From Podospora anserina (lineage: Eukaryota): DNA of 64,000 nt. Below, piece by piece: positions 13,398 to 25,384 of this stretch (position 1 is its first letter; each line of letters opens with the position of its first letter). The stretch is taken from positions 496,001-560,000 of the forward strand of contig CM030337.1 in assembly GCA_017654855.1 (NCBI GenBank), written 5' to 3'. The position numbers and the translations under genes were made by a program. Below the pieces are notes generated by a model, which ran no database searches, was not told the DNA's origin, and saw nothing but the letters and a program-made list of their open reading frames with translations.

Positions 13398-14281
13398 GAT
13401 GACTGGTAGAGGGTAGGTGATTGCAAGACTGAGAAGATGATGCTGCTGCTGAGACCAAGAATTAATCAATCCAAAACCACAATCCGTCTGCTTTATACAT
13501 CTTCCAAAAACGATGAGAAGCATGATGGTATCATAGGTTCGCATAAAACTCAAGACAAAAATAGCATCCTTTACGTCGTAACAGCCGCTCGTCGATGATA
13601 TCGGGAACTACAACCTAAGAAGCGTGGACTACAACCACAGCATGTGGGCTTCAGTCGAAAAAAGGACTGAGAAGAGACTGTTGAGCCCAACGGGGCTACA
13701 TCTTCGTCTAAAATGCTACGAGTGCGACTTTAAAGTCTGGTACCAGGATGCCAAGCCATGCGCTCGGGGTTCATCAAATTATTTTACCCGGTAGAAGTCA
13801 TCTCCAACATCACTTCGCGCCGCGGCATCAGTCGGATTATGATACCACGAGATGCAGGCACCGCTACTAGGCAGGTAGGTCTTCTGGTGGCGAGGGTCAA
13901 AGCATACCTGCTTGGGTGCTTGGTATCTACACTATCATCACCATCTGTCATGCGCAGGCCTCTTCGAGGACGAGAGGGATGTCTTGCTGGGTGCAACCCC
14001 TGAACGCCATGCAGCCACGCAGCTTCCCACGTTATCATGTTCCTCTGATGAATATGCTCACTGAGCTCGGGAAAGCTTCCCCTTTTTGCAACATGGCCGG
14101 CCTCCTGCTCTTTTCGACGCTGCCGGTCTTCCGTTGCCTCAATACAGAAGAATCATCCCATCCAAGCTGTACCCCTGAGTCCTAACGTGTGAACTTCACC
14201 ATCCAATAATGGCCGCAACACTCATCCCATGTTGGTGTAAGTATGTACTCGCTATATCATCCCATCTCATACACCTTCCCC

Positions 14282-15149
14282 CTAAGCAACAACAACAACA
14301 GCCTCACTCTTCGGCCCCCTCGCCCCAAAAATCGTACTCCCCACCCTCACCTCATCACTCCCCATCGCAATCGCCCCCTCAAAGTCCTCACTCATCCCCA
14401 TACTCAACTCCAGCAGTCTCTCTTCCCCCAACCCAAGCTCCTTCCTCACCAAATCCCTCTGCTCCCTCAACACCTGAAAATCCTCATTCTCATTCTCCGG
14501 TGTCGTCTCCCTACTCCGTGCAATTGCCCCAATAGTCATCAACCCCAACAACTCCAAATTAGGGCACTCATTCTCGATCTTCTTGCACAGCTTCACTGTC
14601 TCCTGCCCTGGTGCACATCCCGACTTGGACTCTTCCCCCGAAGTGTTGACCTGCACATGAACTTTGATCTTGCCGAAAATATCCGGGTTGGTCGCTGCAG
14701 CAATTTGATCACCGCGGTACTTGTCAAGGAGCTCAGCCTTTTTGAGGGTGTCGATGCTGGAGATGCAAAAAAGGTTGGGAATTTTGGCGAGGTTTTTGGT
14801 GTGTTTTGATTGAAGACCGCCGATGAAGTGCCATTGAATCGTCCTGGGGAGGAGCTCGGCTTTTTGGGTCAGTTCTTGCGAGTAGTTCTCCCCAAAGTGG
14901 AGGTGTTTTGTCTCAGGGGCTTCATGGAGGGCGAGGATGTCGTTTGCGGGTTTGAGTTTGGAGACTGCTACGAGTCGTACCTGGGGGTTGGTGTTAGATA
15001 TTTGTAATGTGAGATTTGAAGGTGAAAAGACAAAGACTCACAGGACGCCCCTTGGCAACGGCGGCGATTTTATCTTTGACGCCCTGTAATTGCGAGATGA
15101 GGGCGCTGGCTCTGGTTGGGTCTACTTTCATTTCGGCAGTCTCGCTCAT
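14282..15149 (-). CDS. PLPBP: Pyridoxal-phosphate homeostasis protein (YggS/PROSC/PLPBP family); exons 15149..15042 and 14980..14282
   Basis: Family motifs RLVAVSKLKP, HFGENY.QEL, WHFIGGLQS, VQVNTSGEESKSG, GLMTIG, ELSMGMSEDFEGAI and VRVGSTIFGAR. Intron 15041..14981 (GTGAGT...CTAAC...CAG). Confidence 0.95.
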
Positions 15150-16520
15150 TATGCGATTGGTATTTTGGTTGGTTATACAAATAATCGAATATGGGATTGG
15201 TTTGTGAGATCTTGGATGAAGTGAATGCCTTTCAGATGTCATTCATGGGATGGGTTAGGTGAGGGGCATTTCGCTAGAGTTCCATAGATGACTTGCTTTA
15301 TCTTGCTCTAACAGAGCCATGCTTTTTTTCGGCGATTTGAACTTTATCTTGTTAAGAATGCGATAGGCTAAAACTGCGGAGAATCTCCACCAACAGAAGA
15401 CCCGCTCTCAACAACACATCTCAAGATGGTCTATAAGCGTACATTATCCTGAGCCATGCTCAAAAAATAGTCAGGATATGTTAAAGATGATCAAATAGGT
15501 GTCAAAAAATAATAGATTCGTTGGAAGGGACAGCTGAAAGGCCCATATTCTATTTAAAAGATGTAAGTTGAGAGTTATATTTGCTGACTTGCGCCACCAG
15601 ATCTTTTGTCCAGAACGTGTTCATCTGCATCATGAAAACAGTTCTCAACAGCCGTAACAGACGCTAATACTCCGTCTCTCCCACCTTCTTTCCACTTCCA
15701 CTTGTTGAAACACTTCCCCTTCCCTGCGGAAATACCTCTAGAAATCCATCTTCTCCACCGTCATATCCCGAACACACCTTATCCTCCCACGCAAATCGAA
15801 CGTGCATTCAACAGGTGAGAAAGGTGTCTCCTATGATGAGTATGGCTTTGTTCTGTGACTGACACAGGGAGGGTGTCTTTACTTGAGGGTGATGCTTACA
15901 GCACGTGAAACATCGAAGATGCCTGGTAGGATATAACATACTTTCCACAACGAGACCGCCGGACGCCAGCCCTGTAACCTTTAGCATGATCTATTGCTCA
16001 TTTTCAACCTTATCGTATGGGACTGGGCGGCCATGACTCTTGCCGGTGACTCTTACCGGTGATTGACAGAGTGCCACACTGATATTTATCAGGCATAGTG
16101 CATGGATGGTATGTTGGTGATGTCGAGTTTGCGATGTTGGAGCTTAGGGCGCAGGCCCGGCTCGTCGTGAGGAGGAATGTTGACGGCCGGTGGTTTACTG
16201 GTCACTTTTTCACAATAAACTTAGATCTGTTGAATTCAGATACTCAGTTCAGCGAATTTGGTTGTCAAAAAATGGGAGCATGCTTAAGGTCGTTTGTGGA
16301 TTCACCTACCTGCGTTGGGAGCCCATTGTACTTGCCTTATGGGTTTGGAGCTCTTGCCTCGGCCAAGTGAATAAACTCGCGACGGCAATGTCGACCTACT
16401 TGGATCAAATGCTCTGCTCTCACGCATCCATACAAGACCCAGTCTTTGTACTCGATTTCTTTTCACTCACCCCCACTCTCTCTCCCTTCACCACCCCCCA
16501 ACACTCTCACACGACTTCCA

Positions 16521-16575
16521 CACTCCCACACTCCCACACTCCCACACTCACTCACTCACTCACTCACTCACTCCC
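16521..16575. repeat. Compound microsatellite (CACTCCCA)n/(CTCA)n upstream of the AT-hook gene
   Basis: Visible tandem units cactccca followed by ctca repeats. Confidence 0.85.
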
Positions 16576-16676
16576 ACAACGTAACACTCGCCAGTCTACA
16601 ATTCTCTGCAGAAGGCCGACAACCAAGGATTTCAGGACCAATATCGACAATTGCGACTCTAAGCTGGGTATCCACA

Positions 16677-18067
16677 ATGGTAAGTATCCTCACACTCCTG
16701 AGGAGTAACACAATAGTTCATACCTTTCATAGGCACGCACCCCTAGTCGCTCTAGTACCGCGACCGCCAGCAATGAGGACGTGGGACAACCTACTCCGCG
16801 ACCTCGTGGCCGTCCCAAAAAGGTCATAGCTGTGGGTGAAAACCACACTGCAGCTAACTTTACACCCAGTGTAACACCTCGCGGCCGTGGCAGGCCCAAA
16901 GAGAAAGCCGACCCTGTTGATCTTGAGGAAGAAGCTCCTGAGTCTGAACAAGAACTTGCCGAACCCCAGGAATCTGTTCCCACGCCTCGTTCCCGTGGCC
17001 GCCCGAAGAAGAAGGTACACCATTGGTCCAAGCAAGCCCGAGAAGCTGCCAAATTGCAGCAAGAGGCTCAGCTTGACAACGATGATGAGCCCGAGGAAAC
17101 CACACCGTTCAAGCAACCCGCAACAGCTCCCCGGCCACGTGGTCGCCCCAAGAAGCCAGTGACAGAGGCTTCTCCTGAGGAAGTTGCGAGTGGCAAATCC
17201 CAGAAGGTCCCAGTCACGGCAGCCACGATAACTACGGCCAAAGATGAATTGCGCGCCGAGCTTCTTGGTCTCTCCACTGGATTCCCTGATGGAAAGCCAT
17301 ATAGCACCACTAGTCGCGGTCGCGGCCGTCCCAAGAAGACCCAGACCGTGGAGACAGAAGAGGTTGACTCGAACGAGCAGTTGTTTGACGAAGTTGAGCA
17401 TATGTCTATCAAGCGTGGCCGAGGGCGTCCCAGAAAATCCGACACCCCCGTCAAGAGTGCCCAGGGCACAGTCAGCCGTTTGCAACCTTTCAAACACTCT
17501 GAGACTGACACTAGCTCTACCCTTACGGCTATTGCTACTGAAGGTGTCAAGAAAAGGGGCCGTGGGCGCCCCAAGAAGAATAGTTCTGGGTTTCTGGGGG
17601 CTGTTGAGGTGGCCACGAACACTCAGGCTAAGGGAAGTGAAGCCGGTGATGATGCCATCGACAGCCAAAAGAATACTAAAGAGGATGCCGAAATTCCTTT
17701 GGCTAAATTCATTGAGCAAGATGAGAATGATTCGGACCAAGACGAGGATCACGAACCCTCCCCTTCTCCGTACCACTCTTCATCGCCCTCTCCATCCCGC
17801 GCTCCGCCCCAGCTACCTTCAATGCATACCGTTTTCAGGAAAAGAGGTATCAGCCAAGTCAACGGGACCGTCGAGAAAAACCCCAAAAAGCGGCTTGCGC
17901 ACTTTACCGTTGCCAGAAAGACTGCTGCCAGGCGCTCGGCTTCATCACCCAACACGCGGTCCCCGGCTTCGTCAGCTAACGAGAGGTCCCCGGCTTCATC
18001 ACCCAAAGGGCTTGTGCCTAGTTCCCCTTTACGACAACCACCAGTAATCCACTCCTCTCTTCTCTGA
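16677..18067 (+). CDS. Multi-AT-hook DNA-binding protein (7 AT-hooks); exons 16677..16679 (ATG only) and 16733..18067; may originally have extended to about 18729
   Basis: CACAATG|GTAAGT intron 16680..16732 gives MARTPSRSS... in frame with seven RGRP(K/R) motifs: PRGRPKK, GRGRPKE, SRGRPKK, PRGRPKK, GRGRPKK, GRGRPRK, GRGRPKK. Also a ~27-nt tandem repeat (RSPASS...) at about 17934-18007. Confidence 0.8.
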
Positions 18068-18729
18068 TAGGCGAGTACAGTGTCAACTACGTTGTCGTGG
18101 GGGTTAAGATTCACCCAGGCAGTCTGACCATCAAGCTTGCCACCGACGGCGGGGAAGACATGCTCGCTGGCTCTCTTGAACTGAACCGGTGGAGCGGTGT
18201 GATGAGATTTGCCTTGACGGAGAAGAAGATCCGGCAGTACGTCCTTAAGCAGGAGCGGATTGAGCGGGAGGGTCTTGTTCTCTCTGATATCATGCACCTG
18301 GAGGATGGCGAAGATGACGAGAATGAGATTTCTCTTTCCAGGGGCAAGGAGGTTGCCAGTACTGGTGACGATGACGACGACGACGACGAGGCTGCACTCA
18401 CTCACAAGCGCAAGGCGTCCTCTGTGGATGCCGCTTCCAAGCATCGCAAGGTTTCATCGCAGTCGAGTTTCTCTGCTGAGGTTCGCACTCTTTATCTTGC
18501 CTGTCGGATCAAGAATATTTTCTCCAATGTGGTGGAACACAAGGCCCAGGTGGGAGCCGTTCAGTTTTTATACGACGAAGGCTGGGGTGATGGCGTTTGA
18601 GGATGCGATGATTTGTGTCCCTGGTGGTGAGCCGTGTGAGCTTAGTGGGGAGACGAGGAAGGATAAGGGGCCCGAGTGGCCTTCTCAGGATTGGTTGTGG
18701 GGGATTTTACTGAGCCGCACTCGGAGTGA
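18061..18729 (+). pseudogene. Coding-like segment split over reading frames, probably the frameshifted C-terminal domain of the AT-hook gene
   Basis: Frame 1 reads SLIGEYSVNYV...GSLELNRWSGVMRF...acidic stretch...RTLYLACRIK...GAVQF. Frame 2 then reads YTTKAGVMAFED...GPEWPSQDWLW, and frame 1 resumes DFTEPHSE*. The junctions fall in CT, T5 and G5 runs, and no convincing intron bridges them. Confidence 0.45.
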
Positions 18730-19837
18730 GTGGCAGGGCTGGAGGGGTGGTCTACGAGGATATCGCGATGTTTTTTTAGCTTTTTGCCTTGGGGGGGGGC
18801 ATAATTCGGCAATGAAGATGGGTGAGGTATCATGGCATCTTGTTCGGCGTTGGGTTTGGTTCGACTGGTTCTCCGGTTTCTCATCGAGAAGAGGGACCTA
18901 TTTGCTTCGGACCGGGAGTTTTGTTGAAGAGGCGGTACTGAGGCAAATTACTAGCGGACATCGACCTTGCGTTTGGGAAATGGTCTTCAAGGCGAATCTT
19001 TGCTTTCTAGTATTAGATTTGGGACAAGGACATGTGTTTGAGATGCAGGGTCATAACTGAGGATGACACTGGGGGTTCGGAGAAGAGCGAGACTAGTCTG
19101 AAGTATTGACTTCCAATTTTTAGTGTACTTATATTGCTGAGAAGAGCATTGTTGTTCATAAAACTTTCGTTTTCTTCTACTGAGCAGTGACATGGCTGGT
19201 AGGTCTCTGATAATATGGAGAGTGTGGCACCCACGTCCTTTCAGTGGTCATATTGGGAACATTATAGTTGAAAACTATCTACAGTATCTCTACCAGGTAC
19301 CAGGCCCCATCGTCTCCTCTCATCTGACAATGCAAACTACACAAGCTGCCCTTTTCTCCAAACCTCCCCCCCACAGTAAGACCACAATGATTGTTGTATC
19401 TGTCTGTCCCAGTAGTACTTTATCTCTTTTTCTCCCTTACTCTCGAGGTAATTACATTACCGTTTATTTCTCTTTCACACACTCTCTAAAAAAAACTCCT
19501 CCCATTTTCTCACATGATGCAAAAACCCAACACCTAAAAACCCAACCCAACCGAACAACCAGCCCACCCTAACCGGGGCCCATCGATCCATCAATACACA
19601 AACAATACCAACCAAACAACAACAACCCAATTTGATTTCCACCAATGTCAATCCATCCATCCCAAACAATCCCAACCAACCTAGGCACCTTTAAACCCGC
19701 CTCTGCTGCTGCTGCTGCTGCTGGCGCCTCTCCTGCTGCTCACACTGCTGCTGCAGACACCTCCCCCGCTGCTCCTGATACTCCCGATACTGCTGCTGAT
19801 AGTGCTGCCGCCCCTCCTCACCACCACCACCTCGGCC

Positions 19838-21126
19838 CTACCGATGTTGCGGCTGAACAGGCTGACTCGGCATGTTCCTAATCTGCTTGATCAAAAACTC
19901 CCTCTCGTCAATAAACTGCTCATCGTCCGTCCTGTCCTCTAGAAAATGACTCAAAAAGTGCAGCAACTTCTCCCTGTTCATCAGCAATATCTTCTGCACC
20001 GGCACGCTCTTGTGCGGGTTCGCCACAAAGACTTTGAAAACGTGGAACCCCTCATACTGCACCATTTTCCGGTCGTCTCTGAGCAAGTTCATGCAGATCT
20101 TCAGGTGCTCCCCCCTGTCGACGTAGGCGGTCATGACGTTGTAGTTTGATCGGTCGAGCAATATCTCGCCGAGCAGTTTGATCGACTGCCGCTTGGTGAC
20201 GTAGCTGTTGGATTGAACCAGGACCGAGTTGTACCGAGAGAAGAAGAGGTCAAAGTTGACGGCGAGGTATTTTGGGACGAGTTCTTTGTGTTTCGTGAGG
20301 AGTTCCTTTTTGGTAGGGGGAATTAGTAAAGGGAGACAGAAAATAAAGGGGTAAAAGGGGACACACTCTAAACGTGGTAAAAGCATCCGCCGCCACCTCA
20401 AAAGAGCTCTTATCTATCCACTCAAAAAACTTCCAGAAAACCCCGTTGCCAGTTTGTGGCCTTTCGGGGTTGATAGCGCCCAAGCCCCTCGAGCTGGACC
20501 CCATCTCGTCGCCGTCGTCGTACAGTATCACCGCAGCGGCGGCCTCATTCTTGAGAACCTCGCGCAGTATTGTCCCAGCCGGCGTAGCGCTCTCCTTGTG
20601 ATCGTACGACTTGCATAGCTCGACCAGTACTTGCGGTCTCTTTTCTACCACCCAGGCCAGGGCCAAGGGTTCGGGTTTCTGAACGCCGGCGGGGGTGCGG
20701 AACCGGAAGATGTAGGAGAAGATGACTTGGGTGTCTTTTCGAGATTCGAAGGGGAGACGGTGGAGGTTGGCGGCGAGGAGGTAGAGGACATCTTCTTCGA
20801 TCATACCGGTGATCAATTGGTAGATTTGTTCGGGGGAGGGTTCGGCTTCTGGGGACATTAGATGTTAGTTTATGTGTGCGGGGAAGCGTTAAGAGCAAAA
20901 CATACCGGGAGTGCCTTGGAGAGCCATTTTGATTTGCGATAGAACCTTTGCTAGCTCATCTGCCTGTGTTGGGCCGGTTAGATCTTGCTGGGCGCATTGT
21001 AGAATCATCAATGTTTACCTTTGGCCCTCCTTGCGGTCCCTCCAACTTGGAGATATACTCCCTCGCCTGCTTGGGCAGGTCGGTCGCATTGGTCCTTGTG
21101 CGCGTCCGCCCAAAAAGAAAAGACAT
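19838..21126 (-). CDS. HYM1: MO25/HymA scaffold protein (MOR/RAM network); exons 21126..21019, 20963..20906, 20848..20367 and 20305..19838
   Basis: MO25 motifs LPFESRKDTQVIF, SFEVAADAFTTFRELLTKHK, NSYVTKRQSIKLLGEILLDRSNY, YEGFHVFKVFVANP and DEQFIDEREFLIKQI. Three introns (21018..20964, 20905..20849, 20366..20306) restore the frame; the last is GTGTGT...CTAAT...AAG. Confidence 0.95.
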
Positions 21127-21831
21127 GTTGCTGGAATCCGCCGGCGCAGCGAAGCGCAAGTTCGACAGTCAGAATCGGGTACAGGGTCGTCCTAGGAGTC
21201 GGAGACAAGTTGAGAATGATGTATGTATGTACAGTCTCGGAGACGGGAAGCAAGCCTTGGCGGGCACCTTGGGGGCCCAGGTGATTGATCTTATCGACAA
21301 GCGGTATCGGATCCCCGGTTTAGCCACAGAAGAGTTGTACAAATGCCCGCTCACGCAGAGTGCATTTTTGCTCTTCAGAATGAAGTCTGGCAAAGCCCAA
21401 TCTGGCCTCAAACACAAAAGGTCAGCTGGAAAAGGGGCAATTGTTGTGATGGCAACTCAATCCGTCACAGGCCCAGGATGTTGTTGTTCCTGCCGCTGCC
21501 ACGGGCACCGACAGGGAGGGGAGAGCAGTGACAGGGTCAGCACGGGCGCTAAGATGGATGGATCACAAGCCTATCATAACCCTGGTTGGTGTTAGGGGGC
21601 TACTTACTGGATGGTGGATGTGAGGCTGAGATGCGCTGCGATCTTGGCGTGTCGCAGAGTTGTGCTCTAACAGTCGATTGGGTTGATTTTTGCGGGGCGC
21701 TGCAAGGCTGCTGCCAGACCCCGCAGTCAACCCCTCCAAAAGTTGTTCTGGGGCAGAAGGCCAGCGCAGTCGTCTTTGAATTTCGAGTCACACTTTAACT
21801 TCGAAATTTATTGCCCTCCAAGCAGTTACCG

Positions 21832-21971
21832 GTACGTCTGCACCGCCTGTATCCCAAGTGAGTCAGGCCCGCTTTTCACTTATGCCTATAGCCTTTTCTC
21901 TCTTCCTTCTCTGTTTTTCGTATTGCCAGCAGGATCACAGGACTGACCTTTAACACCTCCCTCGCTACTAG
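21832..21971 (+). other. Putative 5'-UTR intron of the IleRS gene
   Basis: G|GTACGT donor, pyrimidine tract, ACTGAC branch site and TAG acceptor 30 nt before the ATG. Confidence 0.6.
21859..21865 (+). promoter_or_regulatory. Gcn4/CPC-1 consensus element TGAGTCA upstream of the IleRS ATG
   Basis: Exact TGASTCA match about 140 nt upstream of the ATG, with a near match (CGAGTCA) at about 21784. Aminoacyl-tRNA synthetase genes are established targets of general amino acid control. Confidence 0.5.
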
Positions 21972-22001
21972 GGCGATTTCTGCGAGCGCATTGGTTTCAA
22001 G

Positions 22002-25000
22002 ATGTCCATCGATTTCCCGAAGGAGGAGGAGGCCACTATCCAAAGATGGCGCGAGATCAAGGCCTTTGAGAGACAGGTGCGCACACCGCCTGGCGCGACC
22101 AGGGCGCCAACCTCTACACCTCGCTGCTGCTGCTGTGGTGGTGCGTGTGCTTATACATAGCATAGGTCGAGCTCTCTGCTGGCAACCCCAACTACACCTT
22201 CTACGATGGCCCCCCATTCGCGACGGGTCTGCCTCACTATGGCCATCTCCTGGCCTCCACCATCAAGGACATTATCCCAAGGTATTGGTCCATGAAGGGT
22301 TTCCATGTCGAGCGCCGCTTTGGTTGGGATACCCACGGTCTTCCCATCGAACATGAGATCGACAAGAAGCTCGGTATTTCCGGCAAGGCCGCTGTGATGG
22401 AGATGGGTCTGGAGAAGTACAACGAGGAGTGCAGAGGAATTGTCATGAGATATTCCGAAGAGTGGAGGCACACCATTGAGAGGTTAGGTCGCTGGATCGA
22501 CTTTGACAACGACTACAAGACCATGGATCCTACTTTTATGGAGTCCGAGTGGTGGGTGTTCAAGCAGCTGTTCGATAAGGGAGAGGTATATCAGGGCTAC
22601 CGTGTGATGCCCTACTCGACCGCACTCACCACTGCTCTGAGCAACTTTGAGGCAAACCAGAACTACCAGGATGTCACCGATCCCGCCGTTGTCGTCGCCT
22701 TCCCCCTCGTTGACGAGCCCGAGACCAACTTCCTCGCCTGGACAACCACCCCCTGGACCCTGCCATCTCACACTGGTCTGGCGGCGCATCCAGACTTCGA
22801 ATACGTCAAGATTGCCGACGAAAAGACGGGCAAGAACTTCATCATCCTCGAGAAGCTGCTCTCGACGCTCTACAAGGACCCCAAGAAGGCCAAGTTCAAG
22901 GTCCTCGCCAAGTACAAGGGCAAGGACATGCTCGGCTGGAAGTACCTGCCCCCATTCGACTACTTCTATGAGGAATACAAGGATGTCGCCTTCAAGCTCC
23001 TCAACGCCACTTACGTTACGGCTGAAAGTGGTACCGGTATCGTTCACCAGGCCCCGGCTTTCGGTGAGGACGATTACAACGTAGCCGTTGAGGCTGGCAT
23101 TGTGACCGAGAAGCGCCCTCCTCCCGACCCGGTTGATGACTCGGGTGTTTTCACCAGCAAGGTTTCCGATTTTGCCGGCCTCCACGTGAAGAAGGCCGAC
23201 AAGGAGATTATCAAGTACTTGAAGGGCACTGGCAGGCTCATTGTTGAGTCTCAGTACAAGCATTCGTACCCCATGTGTTATCGTTCCGATACCCCTCTGA
23301 TCTACAAGGCTGTGCCTTCTTGGTTCATCCGCATCCCCAAGATCATTCCTCAGATGCTCGAGAACATCGAGGGCTCGCACTGGGTTCCCTCGTTTGTCAA
23401 AGAGAAGCGTTTCGCGAGCTGGATCGCAAATGCTCGGGACTGGAACGTGTCCCGCAACAGATATTGGGGTACTCCCATCCCCCTGTGGATCAGCGATGAC
23501 GGAGAGGAGCGTGTCTGCATTGGCAGCATTGAGGAGCTGAAGGAGCTGAGTGGCTATGAGGGTGAGATCGCAGATCTCCACCGTCACAAGATTGACCACA
23601 TCACCATTCCCAGCAAGCAGGGCAAGGGCACCCTCAAGCGCGTTGAGGAGGTCTTTGACTGTTGGTTTGAGTCTGGCAGCATGCCTTATGCCAGCAAGCA
23701 CTATCCCTTTGAGAACAAGGAGGAGTTTGAGAAGAGCTTTCCTGGTGACTTCATTGCCGAGGGCCTTGATCAGACCAGAGGCTGGTTCTACACTCTTCTC
23801 GTTCTTGGCACCCACCTCTTTGGCATCTCCCCTTTCAAGAACTGTGTCGTCAACGGCATTGTGCTCGCTGAGGATGGCAAGAAGATGTCCAAGCGCCTGA
23901 AGAACTACCCAGATCCCACCGTCGTCATGTCCAAGTATGGTTCTGATGCCCTCCGTCTGTACCTCATCAACTCGCCTGTAGTGAGAGCCGAGCCTCTTCG
24001 CTTCAAGGAGTCTGGTGTCAAGGAGGTCGTTGCCAAGGTTCTTCTTCCCTTCTGGAACAGTTACAAGTTCTTCGAGGGCCAAGTTGCGCTCCTCAAGAAG
24101 GTTGAGAATATTGACTACAAGTTCGACCCCAGCATGGAGTCGTCCAACATCAATGTTATGGACAAGTGGATTTTGGCAAGTTGCCAGAGTCTGCTCAAGT
24201 TTGTCAACGAGGAGATGGCTGGTAGGTAAAATTGTGTCACCTGGAATCTGAACCCCGTGTTAACCTGTTTTATAGCCTACCGTCTGTACACTGTCGTGCC
24301 CAAGCTTCTTGAGTTGATTGACAACACCACCAACTGGTACATCCGTTTCAACCGGAAGCGGTTGAAGGGTGAGAACGGTCTTGAAGACACCCTCCACGCT
24401 CTCAACACCCTCTTTGAGGTTCTTTTAACGCTGTGCCGTGGCTTGGCACCCTTCACTCCCTTCCTCACTGATACCATCTACCTGAAGCTCCTTCCTTCCA
24501 TCCCTGAGAAGCTCCAGGGCCAGGACCCCCGCAGTGTTCATTTCCTTCCCTTCCCCGAAGTCAGGCAAGAGCTTTTCAACCCTGACGTTGAGCGCAGAGT
24601 GCAGCGCATGCAGAAAGTTATCGAGCTGGGCAGATACTCCCGCGAGAGACGTACTATCGGTCTCAAGCAGCCCCTCAAGACGCTCATTGTCATCCATCAC
24701 GACCCACAGTATCTGGAAGACGTGCGGTCGCTCCAGGATTACATCACTGAGGAGCTCAACATCCGCGACATTGTGCTGACCTCGGATGAGGCACAGTATG
24801 GTGTGCAGTACAGCGTCACGGCTGACTGGCCCGTACTTGGCAAGAAGCTCAAGAAAGACATGGGCAAGGTCAAGAAGGCGCTGCCAAGTGTCACCAGCGA
24901 GGAGGCGTATGCCTACACTCAGACTGGCAAGTTGGTGGTGGACGGCATCACCCTCGAGGCTGGCGACCTGGTTGTCAAGCGTGGGTTGAAGGAGGATGAG

Positions 25001-25384
25001 TCTTCCAAGAACTTGGAGACCAACACCGACAACGATGTCCTTACCATCCTCGATGTCGAGATCTACCCCGGCCTTGCCGAGGAGGGTCTTGCTCGTGAGA
25101 TCATCAACAGAGTCCAGAGGCTGCGCAAGAAGGCCGGTCTTCAGGTCACCGATGACATCAAGATGGAGTACAGAGTGCTCAGCGATCCTGAGAACACTGG
25201 CTTGGAGAAGGTGTTTGAGTCCCACAATGAGACTATTACCAAGGCTCTGCGGAGGCCGATTGACAAGCATGAGGTCACCCACATTGAGGGCCAGATCCCC
25301 GAGAAGAAGGAGGAGGGCATCATTGCTGAGGAAGAGCAAGAAGTACAAAAGGCTACTTTCTTGCTGCGTCTCCTCAAGCTCTAA
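22002..25384 (+). CDS. ILS1: Cytosolic isoleucyl-tRNA synthetase; exons 22002..22076, 22166..24221 and 24276..25384
   Basis: YDGPPFATGLPHYGH (HIGH motif), FGWDTHGLPIE, AWTTTPWTLP editing domain, GTGIVHQAPAFGEDD, EGLDQTRGWFY and KMSKR. Introns 22077..22165 and 24222..24275. Confidence 0.98.

Noticed and set aside
15826..15871. Box C (ATGATGA) and box D (CTGA) flanked by a short stem
   Set aside because: Only about 30 nt from box C to box D, too short for a C/D snoRNA, and I recognise no guide sequence.
15580..15990. Possible decayed small gene on the minus strand (ATG near 15987, GTATGT donor, short coding-like fragments)
   Set aside because: I could not assemble a consistent spliced ORF or recognise any domain. 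BLASTx would be needed.
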